Below, one piece after another: positions 1-6,955 of a stretch of 48,363 nucleotides of DNA. The notes beneath the pieces are model-generated. The model had not been told where the DNA came from and ran no database searches. It worked only from the letters and a program-made list of their open reading frames with translations. Made by a program: the position numbers and the translations under genes. The stretch covers positions 1 to 48,363 of the forward strand of contig JAFDER010000001.1 of the NCBI GenBank assembly GCA_019310245.1, written 5' to 3'. How positions within the stretch are numbered: the stretch's first letter is position 1; each line of letters opens with the position of its first letter. The stretch comes from Deltaproteobacteria bacterium (GTDB lineage: Bacteria > Myxococcota_A > Polyangia > DRWM01).

Positions 1-362
1 CAATCGGACTCAGGGAGCTCGTGAACGACAAGCAGATCAAGGTGATCCTCTCCATCATCGGCGAGACGCCGCCCGCTCACGACAACCGGACGTGGAACCG
101 CCGGTACAGGGGTTTCATGGAGAAGATCAAGACGGGCAACCTCTTCGACATCGCTGAGGTTTTCCGCGATCTGAGCATCCTGAAGAACACGAAGAGCCTG
201 AGCTTTGGCGAGCGCCGCATGCTCGAGCTCGCGAAGAACCTGATCGTCAAGGAGATCGCCATCTCCCGCAAGAAGAGCGAGGAGAAGGTCCTCAAGGACA
301 TCGAGAAACCCCTGCGCAAGGCCGCGGCAAAGGCAGGACGGACCAGGGCCACGGCCTCGTAG
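1..362 (+). CDS. cdnL: CarD/CdnL-family transcriptional regulator, C-terminal part (the 5' end lies left of the window)
   Basis: The frame is open from the window edge. The translation TWNRRYRGFMEKIKTGNLFDIAEVFRDLSILKNTKSLSFGERRMLELAKNLIVKEI matches my recollection of the conserved CdnL C-terminal domain (TWNRRYREYMEKIKTG...LSFGERKML). The GTG at 21 in the ORF track is therefore internal. Confidence 0.8.
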   Translation, partial: IGLRELVNDKQIKVILSIIGETPPAHDNRTWNRRYRGFMEKIKTGNLFDIAEVFRDLSILKNTKSLSFGERRMLELAKNLIVKEIAISRKKSEEKVLKDIEKPLRKAAAKAGRTRATAS

Positions 363-379
363 CCTCGGTGAATATCTTG

Positions 380-808
380 TCAGTCGAGCTTTTCGATGAG
401 CAGCCGGGCGAGATCCTCGGCCTCGCTGCTCCCCTCCTCGCTCCTGGCCTCCGGAGGCTCGTCGACGGTCTCTTTCACGGACTCGGAGGGCTGCTGCGAG
501 GCGGCAGCGTCCAGTCTCGAGGCCGAGTAACCCTCGAGCACCTCGTAGGCGGACTCCTCGACGAGCACCGAGTCGTGCATGTGGTCCGCGCCCATCTCCT
601 CGAGCTGGGCCGTGGTCTTGACCTTGCCGATCAGTCCGTGCGAGTCGCCTTCACCGCCGACCTCCTGCATGAACCGCACGGCGGGAGCGATCTCCAGCTC
701 GTCGTCCGTCCCGCCGATGCTGAGCCTGTGCTCGTCGATCTCGATGACGTCCTCGGCGGCCCATGAGTCGAGTCTTTCCTGTGGAATGAACAGTCTTGCA
801 GTCCCCAT
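380..808 (-). CDS. hypothetical acidic protein (142 aa)
   Basis: The internal ATG at 808 of track ORF 380..1417 starts MGTARLFIPQERLDSW. From that point the frame has G/C-rich third positions and an Asp/Glu-rich, non-repetitive sequence. The upstream part of the ORF is Arg/His-rich antisense of the PP2C gene. I recognise no family. Confidence 0.55.
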   Translation of the reverse strand: MGTARLFIPQERLDSWAAEDVIEIDEHRLSIGGTDDELEIAPAVRFMQEVGGEGDSHGLIGKVKTTAQLEEMGADHMHDSVLVEESAYEVLEGYSASRLDAAASQQPSESVKETVDEPPEARSEEGSSEAEDLARLLIEKLD

Positions 809-845
809 GGGACGGAGTATAGCGTCCGTTTTCGACTCCTGACAA

Positions 846-867
846 GCGGGCCCCGTACGGGGCCCGC
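846..867. promoter_or_regulatory. perfect 22-bp palindrome GCGGGCCCCGTACGGGGCCCGC in a divergent promoter region
   Basis: Read directly from the sequence. It lies between the divergent starts at 808 (-) and 968 (+). A TTGACA hexamer follows at 891-896. Confidence 0.5.
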
Positions 868-967
868 CTCTGGCGGGTGTCCGGCTCCTACTTGACAACA
901 ACGTGATTGTTTGGGAAGAAAATTTGCCGGCCGGAGGTTCCCGGCTGGATCGACGAACCATGAGGCA

Positions 968-1771
968 ATGGCGATAAAGCTCACCTTCGAGGGCCTCACC
1001 GACGTGGGGCGCGAACGCGATCACAACGAGGATGCGTTCCTCGTGCTGGAGGCGTACGACCTCGTCATCGTCGCCGATGGCATGGGCGGGCACAATGCGG
1101 GGGACGTGGCCTCGTCGATGGCGGTGGACCGCATCTCGACGTTCTTCAAGCACACGGAGAGCGAGGACTCCACCTGGCCGTTTCATTTCGACACCAACCT
1201 CTCCTACGAGGAGAACCGCCTCATCGGTGGCATCCAGGTTGCCAACAAATCGATCTACCACCAGTCGAGCCAGCCCTCTGCGCAGGAGGGAATGGGCACG
1301 ACCGTGGTCTCGCTCTGCTTCTCGGCCCGTGACACGATGGGCTACGTGGGCCACGTGGGCGACAGCCGATGCTACCTCCTGCGCGATGGACAACTCTCGC
1401 AGGTCACGCGTGATCACTCACTGCTCAACGACTACCTCGACGCCATGCCGGACATGAGCGAGGAGAGGAAGCAGGCCATCCCCACCAACGTGATCACACG
1501 GGCTCTCGGCATGCAGTCCACCGTCCAGGTGGATCTGAGCCGCGTGCCGCTGGAGAAGAACGATCTGTTCATGCTGTGCTCCGATGGGCTGAGCGGCATC
1601 GTCTCCGACGAGGCCATCGAGGCGATGCTGTGCGAGGGCGGCGACGATCTGCCCGCGGCGGCGAAGAGGCTCGTCGACGGGGCCAACGAGGCCGGCGGCG
1701 AGGACAACATCACGGTGGTGCTCGTCCGCGTCGAGGACGTCACTGTCGACGATCCCGAGCCCCCGGCGTAG
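968..1771 (+). CDS. PP2C-family Ser/Thr protein phosphatase
   Basis: Motifs DVGRERDHNEDAF, VADGMGGHNAGDVAS, CSDGL and GGEDNITVVLV are typical of PPM/PP2C (Stp-like) phosphatases. Start chosen at MAIKLTFEG (ATG 968) inside track ORF 911..1771. Confidence 0.9.
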   Translation: MAIKLTFEGLTDVGRERDHNEDAFLVLEAYDLVIVADGMGGHNAGDVASSMAVDRISTFFKHTESEDSTWPFHFDTNLSYEENRLIGGIQVANKSIYHQSSQPSAQEGMGTTVVSLCFSARDTMGYVGHVGDSRCYLLRDGQLSQVTRDHSLLNDYLDAMPDMSEERKQAIPTNVITRALGMQSTVQVDLSRVPLEKNDLFMLCSDGLSGIVSDEAIEAMLCEGGDDLPAAAKRLVDGANEAGGEDNITVVLVRVEDVTVDDPEPPA

Positions 1772-1789
1772 CTGCGCCCCGCAGCCTCC

Positions 1790-2827
1790 TCATCCCGGAC
1801 AGCGGAATGCGTTGATGAGCGCGCTGAGCGCGAGCTTCGTGGTGTGCAGGTAGATGTGGTGGCGGGCGTACGGTCCGTGGCGCCTGTCGGCCTCGGGATA
1901 GTCCCCCCAGGACCCATCGGCGTTCTGGCTGTCGAGGAGGAAAGCGATCCCCTCCGCGTAGGTCGGATCGTCCTCCATGTCCAGGTACTCCAGGCACAGG
2001 ACGAGCTCTGCCACCAGGTCCGGGTCGCGGGCCGCGATCCTGCGCTTGACGAGAACGGGGAGCGCCCCGGTCAGGTAGGCCTCGTCGTCTTCGTCGAAGA
2101 AGTCCGTCTCGCGCACCTCACCGTACCTGAAGGGCATGAAGATCTCGTGTGTGAGGTGGTAGATGGGCATCCTCTCGAGCGTGTGCGGGTCGGCACGGGC
2201 GGCGATCCGCCCTTTCTCGAAGGCCCGGTCGAGCGGGAAGGGCTCCGGGAAGCCGAAGTGCGAGTAGTAGGTGTGGAAGATCATCTGCTGTGCGGGTCCG
2301 CGCGTCGGCATGTGCTCGTCGAACCTCGGAAGGACCTTGCGCATCTGCTCGACGTACTGCCCCGTGTCCATTCCCAGCCGGTCCATGAGATAGGCGGCGC
2401 GCATGTAGCTGGTGGCGTCCTGCTTGAACTGGCGGTCGTCCACCGCGGCCATGTCGTGGTAGGCGGCCTCGCGGGTAGGCTGGATCACCTCTTCGGCCCT
2501 GGCCATGAGGGCCCGGGTGTCCTCTCCCAGCGGGTCGCGCATGAGCCAGACGTAGGCATCCAGCAGCTCGACGAGCTTCTTCTTGCCCTTGATGCCGTGC
2601 GACCTCAGGAGCGAGGGATCGACCTCGAGATCGTCGAGCCACTTCCTGGCCTTGACCCGCGCTGCAGCGTACTGCGGCCTCCTGTGCTCGAGGAACCCCG
2701 CGGTCTCGTCACCGGGAATCGAGAGGCGTCGATCGTCGACCGCGTCGCCGGGCCCTGGCGGCGGCTGGCACGAGCGGCACCCCGCGACGAGGCACGCCGC
2801 TGCGGCGAGCGCGATGCGCGCATGCAT
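1790..2827 (-). CDS. putative lipoprotein, function unknown
   Basis: It has an N-terminal signal peptide with lipobox LVAGC. Third positions are G/C-rich. The C-terminal LLDSQNADGSWGDY resembles a prenyltransferase/squalene-cyclase-type repeat, but only one copy is seen. Confidence 0.7.
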   Translation of the reverse strand: MHARIALAAAACLVAGCRSCQPPPGPGDAVDDRRLSIPGDETAGFLEHRRPQYAAARVKARKWLDDLEVDPSLLRSHGIKGKKKLVELLDAYVWLMRDPLGEDTRALMARAEEVIQPTREAAYHDMAAVDDRQFKQDATSYMRAAYLMDRLGMDTGQYVEQMRKVLPRFDEHMPTRGPAQQMIFHTYYSHFGFPEPFPLDRAFEKGRIAARADPHTLERMPIYHLTHEIFMPFRYGEVRETDFFDEDDEAYLTGALPVLVKRRIAARDPDLVAELVLCLEYLDMEDDPTYAEGIAFLLDSQNADGSWGDYPEADRRHGPYARHHIYLHTTKLALSALINAFRCPG

Positions 2828-2864
2828 GCGCGCATCGTCCCACAGGATGTCTGGATTGTGAAGC

Positions 2865-4286
2865 TCAGCCGCCGGGCTTGAACATGAGGGGGTAGAGGTA
2901 CTTGACGCTGCCGCCCGCGGGCTTGTCGAACGTGAAGGACTTGAACTTGCCGAGCACGCAGGATGTCACCGCGGGATCTCCCAGGGAGTCGCCCTTGGCC
3001 TTGACGCTCGTGACCCTTCCGGAGGTCCCGATGGTGAACTCCACGTTGATCTTTCCCTGGAGGCCGTGGTTCTTGTTCAGACCCTTCTCGTAGCAGTTGC
3101 GTATCGCCGGCATGCCCTTTCTGACCGTGGCGATCACCTTCTTCTCGTCCAGGATGCCCGGGCTGAGCTGTTCCTCGAGAGGCCCGAGCTTGGCCTTGGC
3201 CTTGGGCGCCTTCTCCTTCGCGTCGCTCGAGATGACCTCTGCATCGGCCTGGGCGGCTCTCAGGTCCTCGAGGGCCACGACCTTGCCGGAGTCGGAGACT
3301 GCCGGATCGTCGAGCTTGCTCCACGCGTCGGCGGCGCTCGCCTGTTTGAGCGTGCCCACCTGGGACATGAGCTTGTCGATGTCGGTGGCCGGACCCGAGC
3401 CCGTGAGAAGGTCCGCTCCAGCGTTTCCGGACGCGTCACCGGATTTGGAGCCGAGCACGAGGGCCAGCCCGGAGTTCTCCACCAGGGCACGGATCTGTGC
3501 CTGTCTCTTTGCCTCGTCCGCGCGCTTCTGCTCCTCCGTCAGGGGCTTGCGTGGCCCCTTCTTGACCACCTTGTCCTTGCGGGGAGCCTCCTGCCTCTTG
3601 GCCTCGTCCTGCTCGGCTTCTCCCTCGCCCTCGACGCTGGAATCCCTGCTCGCCTCGCGCGCCTGCGCCTCGAGGAGGTCCTCGGGAGTCTGGATCACGA
3701 AGTCGATCCACTTGTTGTCGATATCAAAGGCCTGTGCCTCGGCGGGCCAGTCGTTCACGTGGAAGAAGATGACGAACCCCGCGCAGACGAGGAAGCTCAG
3801 GAGCCACGTCAGGCCGATGAATCCCTCTCGCGGGCGGAACAGGTCCGTGGCCTCGTGCCTCCAGGCTCCCCTCACGCTCGAGGGGAGCTGAGGCCGCGGC
3901 TGGACGGGCGGAGGCACCACGAACTGGAAGAGGAGCGTCACGTCTCCGAAGACGAGCGAGCCGCGGCTCGAGTCGTCGAGCGGCACACGCAGGGTGTCGC
4001 CCTCGAGCCGTGTCACGCCTTCGCGCGTCGTGAACCTGCCTTCCATGAAGGGCCGTGCGTTGAGCACGTAGCCCGTCTTGCGCGACTCGAACAGCACGTG
4101 GTGCGCCGGGAGCGAGGGATGGGCGAGGATGAACGTCGAGCGTGCACTCTGGCCCACGCTCACGCTCTGTCGGGTGTGGATGATGCGCTCCTCGATGATC
4201 CGTGCACCCTGCATCACGCCGATGCGCAGCATCTTTGGGCCGTCTACGTCGAGGGAGCTCCTGGGTGTTCTGGCTTGCCGGGACAT
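2865..4286 (-). CDS. AgmX/PglI-type protein: FHA-like N-terminus, one TM segment, charged linker, TonB-C-like C-terminal domain
   Basis: The C-terminus IRNCYEKGLNKNHGLQGKINVEFTIGTSGRVTSVKAKGDSLGDPAVTSCVLGKFKSFTFDKPAGGSVKYLYPLMFKP matches the myxobacterial AgmX/PglI C-terminal (TonB_C-like) domain pattern. The N-terminal ~110 aa look FHA-like (GQSARSTFIL...LVFGDVTLLFQFV). The TM segment is GLTWLLSFLVCAGFVIFF. The SD GAAAGAGG lies before the ATG. Confidence 0.75.
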   Translation of the reverse strand: MSRQARTPRSSLDVDGPKMLRIGVMQGARIIEERIIHTRQSVSVGQSARSTFILAHPSLPAHHVLFESRKTGYVLNARPFMEGRFTTREGVTRLEGDTLRVPLDDSSRGSLVFGDVTLLFQFVVPPPVQPRPQLPSSVRGAWRHEATDLFRPREGFIGLTWLLSFLVCAGFVIFFHVNDWPAEAQAFDIDNKWIDFVIQTPEDLLEAQAREASRDSSVEGEGEAEQDEAKRQEAPRKDKVVKKGPRKPLTEEQKRADEAKRQAQIRALVENSGLALVLGSKSGDASGNAGADLLTGSGPATDIDKLMSQVGTLKQASAADAWSKLDDPAVSDSGKVVALEDLRAAQADAEVISSDAKEKAPKAKAKLGPLEEQLSPGILDEKKVIATVRKGMPAIRNCYEKGLNKNHGLQGKINVEFTIGTSGRVTSVKAKGDSLGDPAVTSCVLGKFKSFTFDKPAGGSVKYLYPLMFKPGG

Positions 4287-4398
4287 CTTGGCACCTCTTT
4301 CGTTCCTTCCGTCCTCCCCGTGGGCTCGATGCGTTTCGCGGGCAGCCCCTGACGCCCTGCTCTCGAGCCCGTGCCCCGGATGTGGATGTTCATGCCTC

Positions 4399-4911
4399 CT
4401 AGATCACGCCCGCGAGCAGAACCACGTCCGGGAAGAGCTCCCCGTCGACGTCGGCTCTCGTGGCGTCCATCACTTTGACAACGGTCGCGTAGTCGATGTT
4501 CCGCTCCGCTCCGATCCGGATCGCGCTCTCCCCCTCGTGCTCGTCCTTGATTTCCCTGAGCATGAGCTGGAGCGATGAGTAGTCGTAGTCTGCCTTTCCT
4601 CCGCTCCGGGTCATGGGGACCGCCGGCGCGGCCACCTCGCTCGCGTCCGCTTCCCCCGGGGTCCCGAGGATGCGTCCCGCCGCCGTGATCCGGAAGCCCT
4701 GGTCCGTCACGAGGACCGTCAGCTCCAGTGGACGCGTCGCGCTTGACGGCTCGCCGGGCACGGGATTGAGGCGCGGCGCGTTCGCACCGATGACGGCATA
4801 CTGGATGAAGGTGGCCGTGAGGAGAAGGAAGGGGATCAGCAGGCAGACCATGTTCATGACGGGGATCAGGTTGGGCTCCTCGACGGTCTCCCGGCTGTGC
4901 GCTCTTCTCAT
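4399..4911 (-). CDS. ExbD/TolR-family biopolymer transport protein
   Basis: It starts at MRRAHSRETVEEPNLIPVMNMVCLLIPFLLLTATF, the typical ExbD N-terminal TM region with a periplasmic domain following. A strong SD (GGAGAAGGAGAG) precedes the ATG at 4911. The upstream part of track ORF 4399..5169 is antisense of the bactofilin gene. Confidence 0.85.
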   Translation of the reverse strand: MRRAHSRETVEEPNLIPVMNMVCLLIPFLLLTATFIQYAVIGANAPRLNPVPGEPSSATRPLELTVLVTDQGFRITAAGRILGTPGEADASEVAAPAVPMTRSGGKADYDYSSLQLMLREIKDEHEGESAIRIGAERNIDYATVVKVMDATRADVDGELFPDVVLLAGVI

Positions 4912-4972
4912 CCGTTCTCTCCTTCTCCCACCTTGGGACAGCGGCTGACCGTGGATGTTCCTCGGGCGCCGG

Positions 4973-5001
4973 TTGTCAATGCGGGGGGGAATGGATAGTA
5001 T
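4973..5001 (+). promoter_or_regulatory. sigma70-like promoter candidate (TTGTCA-N17-TAGTAT) for the bactofilin gene
   Basis: Both hexamers were read directly. The 17-nt spacer was counted by hand. The site lies 19 nt upstream of ATG 5021 and downstream of the track start at 4955, which supports the shorter CDS. Confidence 0.4.
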
Positions 5002-5020
5002 CGGTCGCGCCGGTGCGGGC

Positions 5021-5449
5021 ATGAAGATCGAGAAGGACACGACGGTCAGGGGCAGCTTCCAGGTGGAGGGCGAGCTCGTGGTCGAGGGGACCCTCGAGGG
5101 CAAGGTGTTCGTCACGGGCCGCCTCGAGATCGCGCGCTCGGGAGTGCTCACCGGCGAGGCGACCTGCACGGGTGGTACGATTCACGGTCGGCTGAGCGGG
5201 ATCGTGCATTCGAGCGAGCCGGTGTCCGTCTCGTCCGACGCCGTGGTGTCTGGCCGCGTCGTCGCCCCGGCTCTCGACTTCGGCGGCGGGGAGCAGGAGC
5301 TCGCTCCTCGCCCTCCGGCTGGAGGAACGGAGCCAGGCGATCCCCGTCGTCCGCGTCGCACGGACCGACCACTCAAGCCTCCCACGGTCACGGGTGACGA
5401 GAGCCAGGTGCTCGTCAGGCCCGCGGCTGTTCTGAGGGATGGGTCGTGA
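5021..5449 (+). CDS. bactofilin (DUF583 polymer-forming cytoskeletal protein) with a Pro/Arg-rich C-terminal tail
   Basis: The beta-helical repeat pattern VRGSFQVEGELVVEGTLEGKVFVTGRLEIARSGVLTGEATCTGGTIHGRLSGIVHSSEPVSVSSDAVVSGRVVAP is typical of bactofilins. Its stop overlaps the pyrE GTG start (GTGA). Confidence 0.85.
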   Translation: MKIEKDTTVRGSFQVEGELVVEGTLEGKVFVTGRLEIARSGVLTGEATCTGGTIHGRLSGIVHSSEPVSVSSDAVVSGRVVAPALDFGGGEQELAPRPPAGGTEPGDPRRPRRTDRPLKPPTVTGDESQVLVRPAAVLRDGS

Positions 5450-6000
5450 GGGAGAGACTGCTCGACCTGCTCAGGACGCACTCCTTCAGGAAGGGAGCAC
5501 CCGGGGAGTTCCTCCTCGCGTCCGGCAAGCGGAGCGACTTCTTCATCAACTGCAAGGCCACCGTCCTGCGCTCGGAGGCCCACCACCTCGTGGGAAACCT
5601 CGTGCTCGATCTGCTCGGGCGGTTCGGGCCGCTCGACGGTGTGGGCGGCGTTGCCATCGGTGCGTGCCCGCTCGTCAGCGCCGTGGCCACCGTGGCTCAT
5701 GGACGCGGGACGACTCTCGATGCGTTCTACGTTCGCCTCAGCAGGAAGGACCACGGCATGGCCCAGAAGGTGGATGGGCTGGAGGCGATTCCCGAGGGCG
5801 GCCGCGTGGCCATGGTGGAGGACGTGCTGACGACGGGAGGCTCGCTGCGCCACGGGATCGAGCAGGCGCGCGGTTCCGGTCTCGTTGTGGTGGGCGCAGT
5901 GGTGCTCGTCGACCGCCTGGAGGGAGGCCGGGAGGCCATCGAGGAGATGGGGGTCCGACTCGAGACCCTCTACTCACGCAAGGATTTCATGGATGGCTGA
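5446..6000 (+). CDS. pyrE: orotate phosphoribosyltransferase
   Basis: The sequence has FRKGAPGEFLLASGKRSDFFINCK and the PRPP-binding loop VAMVEDVLTTGGS. Its length of 184 aa is typical of PyrE. Confidence 0.9.
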   Translation: MRERLLDLLRTHSFRKGAPGEFLLASGKRSDFFINCKATVLRSEAHHLVGNLVLDLLGRFGPLDGVGGVAIGACPLVSAVATVAHGRGTTLDAFYVRLSRKDHGMAQKVDGLEAIPEGGRVAMVEDVLTTGGSLRHGIEQARGSGLVVVGAVVLVDRLEGGREAIEEMGVRLETLYSRKDFMDG

Positions 6001-6631
6001 GGCGCGCCGCCACCTTGCCGTCGCAGCGTGTCTCCTGGCTGTGGCATGCGGGCCACTGCCCGTGTCGCTGTCGGACGGGCCGCAGAGCTTCGGAAGCAAG
6101 GACTACGAGAGGGTCTTCGATCACTGGACGCGCGAGAAGCAGGTCTTCAACCTGGACACCATGGAGAACCCGCTGACGGTGTCGGCGACCTTCAGGTCCT
6201 GGCAGTTCAGGCAGGCCTTCGTGGAGCGCTATGCCGACGACTACAGGCTCGATGCGGATTCCAGGGCCGCGCTGCTCGAGGAGCAGCGGCGCGACTGGGA
6301 GGCCTGGAACGAGTTCCTCGTGGCTTCCACGGCCACCAACCAGAAGTGGGCCGACTTCTCGCGTGAGGACAGCGCATGGGTGATGGCGCTGACGAACGAC
6401 CTGGGACAGGAGGTCGCCCTGGCCAGCCTCGAGAAGGTGTCCAAGCCCTCTCCCATGCTCCGGACCTACTACCCGTTCATCACGGTCTACCGCAAGACGT
6501 TCGTCCTGCGGTTTCCCAGGGTCCTCGAGGATGGGGCCATGCCTGTGCTCTCGAGCGGCATCGGCTCGTTCTCCCTCGTGTTTTCCGGGGCGCTGGGACG
6601 CGCCGAGCTCGAGTGGAAGGTCAAGAAGTAG
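5993..6631 (+). CDS. putative lipoprotein, function unknown
   Basis: The ATG at 5993 overlaps the end of pyrE. The signal peptide MAEARRHLAVAACLLAVAC carries a lipobox Cys. The downstream sequence is non-repetitive with G/C-rich third positions. Confidence 0.6.
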   Translation: MAEARRHLAVAACLLAVACGPLPVSLSDGPQSFGSKDYERVFDHWTREKQVFNLDTMENPLTVSATFRSWQFRQAFVERYADDYRLDADSRAALLEEQRRDWEAWNEFLVASTATNQKWADFSREDSAWVMALTNDLGQEVALASLEKVSKPSPMLRTYYPFITVYRKTFVLRFPRVLEDGAMPVLSSGIGSFSLVFSGALGRAELEWKVKK

Positions 6632-6645
6632 CGCATCGCTCGTAC

Positions 6646-6955
6646 TAAACAGGACTGCACAGGTCCCTTCTCTCCCGTGTCCCTGAGCTTGCCCTGAGCC
6701 TGTCGAAGGGCCTGTCGAAGGGCACGGGCGTGAGAAGTGCGGGGCACTCACTTCGCCCTGCGGGCTCGTGGTCCCGACTGGACAATTCCAGTTCACTGGA
6801 ATTGTCCAGTAGCGGTCAGTCACCGGGGAACTGCATGGTTCCTTCGACCCCGCGCCCCGCCACGCCCTGGTCGCCTGGGGAACGTCCTCCCGCCGTGGGC
6901 GTTTCTAGCTGCTCACATGTTGCCGAGTGTAGCGAACCGAGGCGGACTTGTTTAG
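6646..6955. repeat. mosaic intergenic repeat, copy A (full length, ~310 bp)
   Basis: It shares about 200 bp with copy B (18513-18820) and about 170 bp with copy C (42841-43076). It contains the tandem CCTGTCGAAGGG x2 (6699-6722) and a perfect 14-bp-stem hairpin (6778-6809). Its ends are CTAAACAGGAC...GACTTGTTTAG, a short imperfect terminal inverted repeat. Confidence 0.85.

Noticed and set aside
1771-1785. A small hairpin GCTGC-GCCCC-GCAGC in the 18-bp gap between the convergent PP2C and lipoprotein genes.
   Set aside because: The stem is only 5 bp, it overlaps the PP2C stop codon, and there is no T-run. This is too weak to call a bidirectional terminator.
4235-4393. A ~52-codon minus-strand ORF starting at ATG 4393, directly after an AGGAGG that overlaps the exbD stop (TAGGAGGCATG).
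   Set aside because: The SD-to-ATG spacing is only 1 nt. The ORF runs out of frame into the start of the AgmX/PglI-like gene and has an Arg/Gly/Pro-rich composition. The AGGAGG is more plausibly incidental.
6699-6722. Direct repeats that might suggest a CRISPR array: the 12-mer tandem units in the repeat family and the 9-bp (EEI) repeat at 24739-24783.
   Set aside because: The units are far too short, they are contiguous without spacers, and no cas genes are present.
6836-6856. A GGTTCCTTCGACCCC segment in repeat copies A and C that superficially recalls a tRNA/tmRNA T-arm (GGTTCGAATCC).
   Set aside because: It has no acceptor or anticodon stems and no CCA context, and the T-loop consensus is broken. 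I found no tRNA, tmRNA, SRP RNA, RNase P RNA or rRNA signature anywhere in the window by eye.
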